A stretch of 64,000 bases of DNA from Bdellovibrio sp. (GTDB lineage Bacteria > Bdellovibrionota > Bdellovibrionia > Bdellovibrionales > Bdellovibrionaceae), in NCBI GenBank assembly GCA_036676395.1, contig JAKFCY010000002.1, forward strand, positions 800,001-864,000. Direction: 5' to 3'. Shown here in pieces: positions 1 through 9,059 of this stretch. The position numbers were made by a program, and so were the translations under genes. The first letter of the stretch is position 1. Each line of letters starts with the position of its first letter. A model generated the notes under the pieces. It searched no databases. It saw only the letters and a list, made by a program, of their open reading frames with translations, and was not told the DNA's origin.

Positions 1-2
1 CC

Positions 3-260
3 AATATTGATATCCCGAAACCAGTTGATGCGAAGCAGAAAATCACTACAGTTAAGGGTAAGGTCAAACAGCTTACCTTAAATGCAAAGATTCAAGAAGA
101 CTGGGGCCAGTATTCTGAGCAACGTGAGAACGGTGTTCAAATCGAATACAGTATCCGTAACTCTAAAATCAGTCAGATGAAAATTGATCTGACGAAAACT
201 AAGCAAGTTCTAGATTGCAAAGTGAAGAACGAATCTGAAGTTTGTTATTGTCTAAAATAG
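3..260 (+). CDS. 3' end of hypothetical protein (partial)
   Basis: Open frame from the window edge (NIDIPKPVDAKQK...EVCYCLK) to TAG at 258-260. Confidence 0.6.
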   Translation, partial: NIDIPKPVDAKQKITTVKGKVKQLTLNAKIQEDWGQYSEQRENGVQIEYSIRNSKISQMKIDLTKTKQVLDCKVKNESEVCYCLK

Positions 261-389
261 TGCCTTAAAAAACACCTTGCATGCGTTGTTTGAATCCTTA
301 TACTTATTTATGTAAGTCATTGTTAACTTTGGAATTTTTCAGATTTTTAAAGAGATTTTCAAGCAACGGATGATATTAGGAAATACAGC

Positions 390-740
390 ATGAAGCACGA
401 CGCAAAAAAGGACACAGTTAAGGAAACAGTTAAAGTTTCTAGTAAGCCCACTTTCGATTTTAGAATCGCAGGTGTTTCTTATAAAATTAAAACTTCTCAC
501 GACGAACAAACTCTGCAAACTCTTGTTGAGTACGTTAACGGTAAAGTTACTGAAGCCATGAAAGCGACAAAAAATTCTTCTTTTCAAAATGCAGCTGTTT
601 TAGCATCCCTAAATATCGCCGAAGAAATGATTCTTCTAAAACGCAGAGCCCAAGCCGAACTAGAAAAACTAGAACAAAAAGCTCTAAAGCTTGCTCAAGA
701 AATCGAAAATACCAAAGCGAACAAGTCCTTGCACTTGTAA
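390..740 (+). CDS. zapA: Cell division protein ZapA
   Basis: IAGVSYKIK...LVEYVNGKV...AAVLASLNIAEE plus coiled coil; sits upstream of ygfA-rny. Confidence 0.85.
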   Translation: MKHDAKKDTVKETVKVSSKPTFDFRIAGVSYKIKTSHDEQTLQTLVEYVNGKVTEAMKATKNSSFQNAAVLASLNIAEEMILLKRRAQAELEKLEQKALKLAQEIENTKANKSLHL

Positions 741-763
741 CTTAACGCTTTGAGGTTTTATAA

Positions 764-1345
764 ATGTCGCATCCGACTAAATCTTTAAAAAAAGATTTAC
801 GAACTGCTGTTATAGCAGAGACGCTTTCACACAGTGAAGGTGAGCGTGCGCAACTATCAAAGCAAATCCAAAATAATTTATCTCAGTTCATGCAAAGTCA
901 ATCTGGATACTGGGGAGCTTTCAAACCTTTACATTCAGAGCCGCAAATTAACTTCGATCAAATTGGTGTTAAATGCTGTTACCCAAAAGTCGTGGGTGAT
1001 GATTTAGAGTTTTACGCTGATGTCGATCAATGGGCTGATTCTAGTTTAAAAGTACAAGAACCAGTTTCCGGAACCAAAGTAAACCTTTCTGACCTATCGG
1101 GAATTTTTGTCCCAGCTTTGGCCTTTCATGCCGATGGCCACCGCCTAGGTCGCGGCAAAGGTTATTACGATCGCACACTAGCTGATTTTATCGGCCTTAA
1201 AGTGGGCATGTGTTTTCAATTTAATATTTTAAATTCTGTACCGACTGAAAGTCATGATGTGGGTATGGATTATATAATAACTGATGAAAAAGTTATTCAA
1301 CCTAATAAGCAAAATAATAGTGGAGATCAAAGATCATGGAATTAA
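764..1345 (+). CDS. ygfA: 5-formyltetrahydrofolate cyclo-ligase
   Basis: VPALAF...GHRLGRGKGYYDRTL and HDVGMDYIITD motifs. Confidence 0.92.
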   Translation: MSHPTKSLKKDLRTAVIAETLSHSEGERAQLSKQIQNNLSQFMQSQSGYWGAFKPLHSEPQINFDQIGVKCCYPKVVGDDLEFYADVDQWADSSLKVQEPVSGTKVNLSDLSGIFVPALAFHADGHRLGRGKGYYDRTLADFIGLKVGMCFQFNILNSVPTESHDVGMDYIITDEKVIQPNKQNNSGDQRSWN

Positions 1346-2898
1346 TAGTAGCCGCCGTTGTCGGATTAGTGATTGGCGCATTCGTAGTGTTTGCGGCAAT
1401 TCGCATGCACGAACAAAGCACCAAAAAAACCGCACAAGGCGAAGCTGATAAAATCATTAACAAAGCAAAATCAGAAGCTTCTAAAATCAAAAAAGATTCT
1501 GAAACAAAATCTAAAGATTTTGAAACTAAAGCTCGCAAAACTGTTGAGACAGAAATCAACAAACAAAAAGCGCAGTTGAAAAACAAAGAAACGCAATTTG
1601 AGCGTCGTCTTAAAGAAATCGAAGACCAGCACAAACACAGAAACGACGAGAACGAAAAATTCGCTCAAAGTTTAAAAGACCGCCAAGAAAAAATTCATAT
1701 CGCTGAAGCTCGTTTACGTGAGTCTGAAAAAACAACCCAAGATCAAATTCAGTTCGTGCAAAAGAAATTAGAAAACGTTGCCGGCATGTCACAAGAACAA
1801 GCTAAACGTGAATTGTTTCAAGTGTTAGAAGAAACAGCTAAAAAAGAAGCGGCTGCAAAAATTGCTGAAATCGAAGAACAAGCTATGAAAGATTCTGATC
1901 GCAAGACCAGAAACATTATTGCGCGCGCATTGGCTCGTTTTGCTTCAGAGTACACTTCTGAGCGTACTGTGACGGTAATGCAATTAACTTCAGACGAGAT
2001 GAAGGGTAAAATCATCGGTCGTGAAGGTCGTAACATCAGAACTCTAGAAGCTATGTGTGGTGTGGATTTAATCGTTGATGATACTCCAGAAACAATTGTG
2101 ATCTCTGGATTTGATCCGGTTCGCCGTGAATTAGCCCGCAGAACAATTGATAAACTAATGGAAGACGGCCGCGTTCATCCGGCACGTATTGAAGAAGTTG
2201 TTGAAAAACAAAAATCTGAATTACAAAAATCGATGAAAGAAGAAGGCGATAAAGTAATTAATGAGTTAGGCCTTGCAGGTATGCACGGCGAACTTGTGAA
2301 ATACGTTGGCGCTTTAAAATACAGAAACTTACATGCACAAAATGCTTTGAACCATTCATTAGAAGTCGCTCATATCTCTGGGTTATTAGCTGCAGAACTT
2401 GGTTACAATGTGAAGCTGGCAAAACGCGCCGGTGTATTACACGGTATCGGTTTAGCGGCAGATCACTCTATGGAAGGCAGCTATTCTCAAGTAGGTGCTG
2501 AGATCGCAAAAAAATTAGGTGAAAATGAAGAAGTATGTCACGCCATTGGCGCGCACAATGATGATAAACATCAATCAGTGTTAGCTTGGATTGTACATGC
2601 GGCAAATATCTTATCAAATGCTCGCCCAGGTGCTCGTCGTCCACAAATGGATAGCTTTATTAACCGCTTAAAAGAATTAGAAAGTATTTCAAATTCTTTT
2701 GATGGCGTTATTAAATCTGTGGCTTTACAAGCTGGCCGTGAAGTGCGCGTGTTAGTTGAAAGTTCACGTGTAACGGATGATCAATCAGTGATGTTAGCTC
2801 GTGATATTATTAAAAAAATCGAACGCGAAATGCCTCATGCCGGTGGCGTAAAAGTAACTGTAGTTCGTGAATCACGTGCGGTTGAGATTGCGAGATAA
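1336..2898 (+). CDS. rny: Ribonuclease Y with degenerate HD motifs
   Basis: N-terminal TM, coiled coil, KH (MKGKIIGREGRNIR), HD-like region, ARPGARR, QAGREVRVLV. Confidence 0.93.
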   Translation: MELIVAAVVGLVIGAFVVFAAIRMHEQSTKKTAQGEADKIINKAKSEASKIKKDSETKSKDFETKARKTVETEINKQKAQLKNKETQFERRLKEIEDQHKHRNDENEKFAQSLKDRQEKIHIAEARLRESEKTTQDQIQFVQKKLENVAGMSQEQAKRELFQVLEETAKKEAAAKIAEIEEQAMKDSDRKTRNIIARALARFASEYTSERTVTVMQLTSDEMKGKIIGREGRNIRTLEAMCGVDLIVDDTPETIVISGFDPVRRELARRTIDKLMEDGRVHPARIEEVVEKQKSELQKSMKEEGDKVINELGLAGMHGELVKYVGALKYRNLHAQNALNHSLEVAHISGLLAAELGYNVKLAKRAGVLHGIGLAADHSMEGSYSQVGAEIAKKLGENEEVCHAIGAHNDDKHQSVLAWIVHAANILSNARPGARRPQMDSFINRLKELESISNSFDGVIKSVALQAGREVRVLVESSRVTDDQSVMLARDIIKKIEREMPHAGGVKVTVVRESRAVEIAR

Positions 2899-2901
2899 TT
2901 A

Positions 2902-4122
2902 ATGTCTTTCTTGCCTGCACAGGAACAGTTAGAAATTATCAAACACGGCACCGTGGATTTTATTTCTGATGCTGATTTCTTAAAAAAACTAAGAAAAAGC
3001 GTTGAGACCAAAAAGCCATTGCGTATTAAATTAGGCGCTGATCCAAATCGCGCGGATATTCATTTGGGTCACACGGTGGTAATTAACAAACTTAAAATCT
3101 TACAAGATCTAGGTCACCACGTTCAGTTTTTAATCGGTGATTTTACGGCGTTGATCGGCGATCCGACGGGCAAAAACACAACTCGCCCGATTTTATCCCG
3201 TGAAGAGATCGAAGAAAATGCAAAATCATACGCGACTCAGATTTTTAAAATCTTAGATCCTGATAAAACAGAAATCGTTTATAACTCAAGTTGGTTGTTA
3301 AAATTAACTTCGATTGATTTTATTAAGCTAGCAGCCCAGTGTACTGTGGCTCGCATGCTTGAAAGAGACGATTTTACAAAGCGTTATAAATCAGGAACTG
3401 CAATTTCATTGCATGAGTTTATGTATCCACTTTGCCAAGGTTATGATTCGGTCGCCATGCGCACAGATTTAGAACTTGGTGGAACAGATCAAAAATTTAA
3501 TTTATTAATGGGCAGAGACCTGCAAGGGTCGTACGGTCAAGAGCCGCAATGTATTTTAACAATGCCTATTCTTGAAGGCTTAGACGGTGTTAATAAAATG
3601 TCTAAGTCTTTAGATAACTACATTGGTGTGAATGAATCACCGAAAGACATGTTTGGTAAAACCATGCGCGTGTCTGATCAGTTAATGTTTAGATATTACG
3701 AGTTATTAACTGACCTTCGCCCAAGTGAAGTTGCGCAGTTAAAAGCGGATGTTGAATCTAAGAAAAAACACCCTCGTGAAGTGAAAGTGAATCTAGCTAA
3801 ATTTTTAGTGGCACGTTTTCATTCACAAGCGGCAGCCCAGAATGCTGAAGATGAGTTCAACCGTATTTTTGTCGACAAAGGTCTTCCGGATCAAATCGAT
3901 GATTTTAAAATCACGGCGCAAAATATTGGCTTGGCCCAGTTAATGACTTTATCAGCATTGACGGTTTCAAACGGTGAAGCTGCGCGCTTAATTACTGGCG
4001 GTGGTGTTAGTATTGATCAAGAAAAAGTTTCTGATAGTAAACTTAAGCTTGATCTGAAATCGGGAAGCGCATTTGTGCTTCGTGCCGGTAAGAAAAAATT
4101 TATTAAGATTGTGGTGGAATAA
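2902..4122 (+). CDS. tyrS: Tyrosine--tRNA ligase
   Basis: [18 protein letters not shown]-terminal S4-like domain. Confidence 0.97.
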   Translation: MSFLPAQEQLEIIKHGTVDFISDADFLKKLRKSVETKKPLRIKLGADPNRADIHLGHTVVINKLKILQDLGHHVQFLIGDFTALIGDPTGKNTTRPILSREEIEENAKSYATQIFKILDPDKTEIVYNSSWLLKLTSIDFIKLAAQCTVARMLERDDFTKRYKSGTAISLHEFMYPLCQGYDSVAMRTDLELGGTDQKFNLLMGRDLQGSYGQEPQCILTMPILEGLDGVNKMSKSLDNYIGVNESPKDMFGKTMRVSDQLMFRYYELLTDLRPSEVAQLKADVESKKKHPREVKVNLAKFLVARFHSQAAAQNAEDEFNRIFVDKGLPDQIDDFKITAQNIGLAQLMTLSALTVSNGEAARLITGGGVSIDQEKVSDSKLKLDLKSGSAFVLRAGKKKFIKIVVE

Positions 4123-4123
4123 C

Positions 4124-4519
4124 ATGCGTATCAAGTTTTTACCTTCGGGTGTAGAGATTCCAGTTGATCCAACGAAAAGTTTGTTAAAACTTGCGACTGA
4201 AAACGGCGTAAAAATTAAATCTGTTTGTGGCGGCGTAGCTTCTTGCTCAGAGTGTCGTATCAAAATTATTGAAGGTGCGCACTGTGTACCAGAACCTTCA
4301 AAAGCAGAATTAAATCTGATCGGCACATCCTATTACTTAGACGGGCGCAGACTGGCCTGTCAGGTTAAGTGTTTTGGTTCGATCACTGTTGATTTAACTG
4401 AGCAGTTAAATAAAGCCGACACGCAAAAGAAAATCAAAGGCATGAGAGTTAAAGATCAAAAAGAAATTCATGCAAAACAAGACACGATGATTTTGACCGA
4501 GACAAAGGATAAAAAATAG
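4124..4519 (+). CDS. 2Fe-2S ferredoxin
   Basis: CGGVASCSEC...RLACQ; ATG 1 nt after the tyrS stop. Confidence 0.88.
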   Translation: MRIKFLPSGVEIPVDPTKSLLKLATENGVKIKSVCGGVASCSECRIKIIEGAHCVPEPSKAELNLIGTSYYLDGRRLACQVKCFGSITVDLTEQLNKADTQKKIKGMRVKDQKEIHAKQDTMILTETKDKK

Positions 4520-4531
4520 CTAATGTCTAAC

Positions 4532-4723
4532 CTACCCATACGCTTTGTCGATGGTGAAACTTTTGATTTTGCCATCGATCACTTCATAAGTTAATTGAAT
4601 GGGGTTGCAACAGACTTCACAGTCTTCAACATAGGTCTGAGCCCCGGCTTCAGAGACATCTAAAAGCATCGATATTTTCTCTAAACAGTAGGGACATTTA
4701 AAAAACTTTTCGATCTCTTCCAT
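4532..4723 (-). CDS. CPXCG-type cysteine-rich small protein
   Basis: CPYCLE...YVEDCEVCCNPI. Confidence 0.85.
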   Translation of the reverse strand: MEEIEKFFKCPYCLEKISMLLDVSEAGAQTYVEDCEVCCNPIQLTYEVIDGKIKSFTIDKAYG

Positions 4724-4806
4724 ACGGTATTATAGCGACATTTAACGCCGCATTATCAACCCCTAAACAATTTTTTGGCTTATAAAGCATTTTATGCGGT
4801 TTAGGA

Positions 4807-4821
4807 TGGTCGACGGATTGC
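4807..4821 (+). promoter_or_regulatory. sigma54-like -24/-12 promoter
   Basis: TGGTCGACGGATTGC (GG-N10-GC). Confidence 0.45.
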
Positions 4822-4837
4822 TCTAATGTATGATCCT

Positions 4838-6184
4838 ATGAGCAAATTATCACTATTATCAATTATTTCATTGTTTATGCTTACGTTCACTTTGGCGAAC
4901 CAATCGCAGGCACAAGGCATGTGCCATGAGATGTTTCAAGAAGACAGCATTAACTTCAATTTCGATAAAATGTCAGAAATTGAACGTAGTGAAGCTACGG
5001 CCGAATTTAAAAAATTTGATGCAAAAATTCGTGGCTTAGAAAAACGTATCCGCATGTACAGCGAACTAACTGGTTCAGAGACAAATCGTACCTTAGTCGA
5101 AGCTGAAAGTTATGCAGTAAAAATTAAAGACCAGGTTCGTTTAGGCTTAACAACAAAAGTCGTTGAAAAAATCGGGCCTTTATTTAAACGCTACGAAGTA
5201 GATATTCGTGCCGCCGAAAAATTAAAAATCGAAATTTCTTTATTAAGTGAATACCTGATGCGTGAAGCTTCAATCGAGAAAAAACCCGAGATCGAAAAAA
5301 TGATCAAAGGCAAACAGGCTGAAAAAAATGTTTTAGATAAACATATCGGGCAAAACTATTACCGTTATATTACTCTTAAAGAAGCCTTAAACCAAATGTC
5401 TATCTCAAAAGTACAGGTGGTTTCTGAGCGCGCAAATACGGTAGTCACTGAACTTGAAGCTTTAGCCACTAATCATGCGGCAACTTATGGTTTAGAGTTT
5501 AAAAGATTTACGACCACTGATGTAAAGCGTTACGTACAGTCAAATATCAAAACACAGCATGCTCTATTAAAAAAAGCTGCAGTGGATGAGTTTTTCTTAA
5601 TGTTACGTTTAATGACGTTCAGTGGCCCGATTGTGAACGGGTTAAAATCAGTACTTTATAAAATTCCAGAAAAAATAGTTATGGGGCCCTTTATGGTTCC
5701 GGCGCGTAAAGTGATTACTGAGGCCTTTAATGTGGGCTACAATAAACATTTACGCAGCACTTATTTAGAAGACATCGAAATGATCATCGAAGCTAAATCT
5801 CCTGCTGAACAGTTCGAATTATTACGCTCATTAAATGTGAAGTCTGAAAAACCAGATGAATTAATCGAGCTATTTTCTCGTGTGGTTGAGAACACTGAAG
5901 AATGGGAAGCGATCAAGTCAGTATCAGCTTCAAAAGCCTCTGAAAATGAGCGTTATAGATTATTCAATGAACGACTTTTAGAAGCAGATAAAAGAGCTTT
6001 AGCCAAAGATGCATTTCCGCTTTATTACCAAGAATCAGGTGCGAATGCTTTTGGTAAAATTATTTTAGGTTCTTATGTAGGCGCATATATGGGTAATAAA
6101 TATTTACAAGCTCATCCTGAAGTGACGCAGTCATTTTTTGAGGGCCTAAATACTTTTACGACATCGATTCAAAGTTTATTCTAA
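4838..6184 (+). CDS. Hypothetical secreted, helical protein
   Basis: Long ORF with signal peptide (SQA-QGMC); alternative start at 4826. Confidence 0.75.
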   Translation: MSKLSLLSIISLFMLTFTLANQSQAQGMCHEMFQEDSINFNFDKMSEIERSEATAEFKKFDAKIRGLEKRIRMYSELTGSETNRTLVEAESYAVKIKDQVRLGLTTKVVEKIGPLFKRYEVDIRAAEKLKIEISLLSEYLMREASIEKKPEIEKMIKGKQAEKNVLDKHIGQNYYRYITLKEALNQMSISKVQVVSERANTVVTELEALATNHAATYGLEFKRFTTTDVKRYVQSNIKTQHALLKKAAVDEFFLMLRLMTFSGPIVNGLKSVLYKIPEKIVMGPFMVPARKVITEAFNVGYNKHLRSTYLEDIEMIIEAKSPAEQFELLRSLNVKSEKPDELIELFSRVVENTEEWEAIKSVSASKASENERYRLFNERLLEADKRALAKDAFPLYYQESGANAFGKIILGSYVGAYMGNKYLQAHPEVTQSFFEGLNTFTTSIQSLF

Positions 6185-6206
6185 ATTTCAATAATAAATT
6201 AAAATG

Positions 6207-6236
6207 AAAAGGGAGCTTGTTAAGCTCCCTTTTTTT
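6207..6236. terminator. Bidirectional rho-independent terminator
   Basis: AAAA-GGGAGCTT-gtt-AAGCTCCC-TTTTTTT between convergent genes. Confidence 0.85.
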
Positions 6237-6537
6237 ATTCTTCGCCGGCTTCAGTTTCGCCAGTTTGTTCTGGCGGCACACCGCTGTGACCGCAACCTTT
6301 ACCACCGTGTTCGGGAGGGGTAAAGCCTTTACCTTGTAAGCAAGTTTTCATGGCTTCACGCTGTTCTTTGGTAGGACGTTCTCCTGATTTGCGTTCAGGC
6401 ATACCTGCTTCTTCATGGCATGCAGCAAAAGCTGCTTTCATTTCGCCTGACATCTGCGGACGTTCACCGCCTTGGGCGCGCGCATAAGCCATAGATAAAG
6501 AAGAGATCACTAAAATTTGAGTGATGAATGTTTTCAT
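6235..6537 (-). CDS. Small secreted protein (G/P/E-rich, Cys pair)
   Basis: AGGAG SD, signal peptide. Confidence 0.75.
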   Translation of the reverse strand: MKTFITQILVISSLSMAYARAQGGERPQMSGEMKAAFAACHEEAGMPERKSGERPTKEQREAMKTCLQGKGFTPPEHGGKGCGHSGVPPEQTGETEAGEE

Positions 6538-6711
6538 CGGTTAGCTCCTTTGTTTGTAGGTCTAGAATAGAAGCCGAATATTGAATAAATATGGAAGAAA
6601 CAAATAAACTTTAGTCTTGTTTTGATACGAATTATAATAATCGGCCAGAATTCACAATTCTTCCACACTGTTTAACTAATCTAAGAGTGAACAAAAACGA
6701 TGGGAAGATTT

Positions 6712-8373
6712 ATGAAACATTGGCTCTTATATACAGTTGTAGTTTTCACGCCTCTTACAAGTGTTGCACAGTATGGTTATGCAAATATGAACTTGCAAGG
6801 CAGCGGCTACTGGGGCGGCCAGCAAAACTGTGGTTATCAGCAAACCCAAAATACCGGAAGCATGCAAGCCCAAGGCAGATCTCAAACTGCTGAAAAATCT
6901 GAAGAAGAAAAAACGGCAACTAGCCGTATCAGTGATTTAAAAAAACAACTCGCCAGTAAACAATTAGAAAAAAAGCGTGCTGAAAGCGAAATGCAAATGG
7001 CAGCTCGCAAGTTAGAGCGAGTTTTTGATTCTGAGATTCTAGATTTCTTATTAGAAGTCCATATCGAAAAAGGTAATGAGTGCAAAAACTATAAAACTTT
7101 TCCGGCAAATCACTGCGTGGATCAGGCAATTACTGGAAGAACAGCGGTAGCTGAAGGAACAGTCGATGCTAACGGTTCGCAAGTTATTAGCAGTGAAGTT
7201 GTTAAATTTGATTGCGATGGCAAAGACGAAGTGCCGGATAAATTAAAAAATAAATGGACCATGGCCGGATCGGGCAGTTACTGTACGGCGAATTCTCGCA
7301 GCAGCGGTGGATCAATTTCGGCAAGTATTTGTAAAGATCAAACCTTACGAAGTGATGAACGTAAAAGTAGCGCCTCAAGTTCAGATTGTGGTCAGCAATT
7401 AACTAGCTATCGTAAAAACAGAATTAAGCGCGATGATGTTCAAAGTAAAATCGAAAGAATTGAAGATGACATTGAAAATCAACAAATGGCTATCGCTGAT
7501 GCCAAAGAGCGCCAAGCTCTCGAAAAATCATACCGTATGAGCAATTCGACAGAGGCAGCCTGTGAAGAGTGCGGTGACATGTCACGCGATGGCGGGCAAA
7601 AACAAAAATCAAACCGCGATTGGGGAAGCATTTTAGGAAACATCGGTGTGGGATTAGGCTTAGCCTATGTTGGTAAACAATACGATGAATTGAATGCCGA
7701 ATACTCAGCGCAATTGGGTTATCCTCCTCAGAGCGGTTATCCAACCGCGGTATCAATGGGTGCGCCTTATATCTTGAATGGAGTTTACGGCGCGGTGAAT
7801 GGATCAAGCGGCCAAGGATCGTTTGGTTGTGGTAATGGCGCCTCAATGGCAAGTGGAATGTCAGGACAAATGAATGCATTCGGCTATCCGCAAAGCATGT
7901 TAGGCCAACAAACGAACGGCGGTGGTATGTACACCATGGGTTACAATCCTTATAACTCAATGTACGGCAATACGACAAACCCTTATGCAAGTGCATATGG
8001 TAATGCAAATCTTGGCGGAAACAATTACCAAAGTCAGTTATTAGCCCTGCAATATCAACAGCAAATGGCGCAGTACCAATCGCAGTATTATCAGCAACAG
8101 TATCAACAACAATTGCAATCCTATCAGCAGCAACAACAAACTTCGCAGCAATCACAACAGATTCAGCAAGAGATTTATAATTTACAACTGCGTTTGCAAA
8201 ATATTAATACCGGAAACTACAATTATGGCACAACCACCAGCGGTTTAACTTACAGTGGTGGCTATTATGGGACCACAGGCAGCACTTCTACGCCGCCAAC
8301 TTGGATTCCGGGGTCAACTAACACGATTTACACGGTGCCAACCACCTATTCAACGACAACAAATGGGCGGTAA
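6712..8373 (+). CDS. Secreted coiled-coil/Cys-rich protein with Q/Y/N/G-rich C-terminus
   Basis: Signal peptide, two coiled-coil segments, many Cys, low-complexity tail; alternative start at 6700. Confidence 0.8.
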   Translation: MKHWLLYTVVVFTPLTSVAQYGYANMNLQGSGYWGGQQNCGYQQTQNTGSMQAQGRSQTAEKSEEEKTATSRISDLKKQLASKQLEKKRAESEMQMAARKLERVFDSEILDFLLEVHIEKGNECKNYKTFPANHCVDQAITGRTAVAEGTVDANGSQVISSEVVKFDCDGKDEVPDKLKNKWTMAGSGSYCTANSRSSGGSISASICKDQTLRSDERKSSASSSDCGQQLTSYRKNRIKRDDVQSKIERIEDDIENQQMAIADAKERQALEKSYRMSNSTEAACEECGDMSRDGGQKQKSNRDWGSILGNIGVGLGLAYVGKQYDELNAEYSAQLGYPPQSGYPTAVSMGAPYILNGVYGAVNGSSGQGSFGCGNGASMASGMSGQMNAFGYPQSMLGQQTNGGGMYTMGYNPYNSMYGNTTNPYASAYGNANLGGNNYQSQLLALQYQQQMAQYQSQYYQQQYQQQLQSYQQQQQTSQQSQQIQQEIYNLQLRLQNINTGNYNYGTTTSGLTYSGGYYGTTGSTSTPPTWIPGSTNTIYTVPTTYSTTTNGR

Positions 8374-8381
8374 GATACATC

Positions 8382-9059
8382 ATGTTTATCCAAATAGTTG
8401 AAGATGATCCCATTTTAGCCCGTGCACTGCAAGTAAACCTTGAGCTTGAATCTCATAAGGTTGTGATTAACTCAAATTTAGAAAGTGCGAACAAACAGTT
8501 GCAGTCATCAACAATTGATTTCGTGATTTTAGATTTAGGTTTACCTGATGGCTCAGGTTTTAATTATTTAGAAAAAGTTAGAAAAGATTTTTCACATTTA
8601 CCGGTGATCATTCTATCGGCACAGTCTGATGAAGACTCTGTCGTTAAAGGTTTAATGCTTGGTGCGAATGATTTTGTTAAAAAGCCTTATAGTTACAAAG
8701 AACTTTCGGCTCGCATGCAGGTGATTGTTAAAAAACCAATCACAAAAGCTGCTGTAGTTGAATTTGCCGGCGTAAAAGTATATGAAGACGACCGGTTAGT
8801 TAAATACAACGAAACTACAATAGATTTTAATCGTCGTGAATTTGATATTTTCTTTTATTTAATCAAAAATGCAGAACGCATTGTCTCGCGCGATTCGTTA
8901 TTACAGTTTTTGGATAAAGAATCTGAAATTTTTGATCGCACCATTGATTCGCATATTAGTCATTTGCGTAAAAATTTGAAAAAACATGAAGTAGGTTCTT
9001 TAAAAATTTCATCAGTTTATGGCTTAGGCTACAGATTGGAAAAAAATGATCAAGCATAG
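8382..9059 (+). CDS. OmpR-family response regulator
   Basis: VEDD, LDLGLPDG, GANDFVKKP, RTIDSHISHLRK, GLGYRL. Confidence 0.93.
   Translation: MFIQIVEDDPILARALQVNLELESHKVVINSNLESANKQLQSSTIDFVILDLGLPDGSGFNYLEKVRKDFSHLPVIILSAQSDEDSVVKGLMLGANDFVKKPYSYKELSARMQVIVKKPITKAAVVEFAGVKVYEDDRLVKYNETTIDFNRREFDIFFYLIKNAERIVSRDSLLQFLDKESEIFDRTIDSHISHLRKNLKKHEVGSLKISSVYGLGYRLEKNDQA

Noticed and set aside
7490..8155. 221-aa antisense ORF
   Set aside because: Shadow of the Q/Y-rich tail of the plus-strand gene
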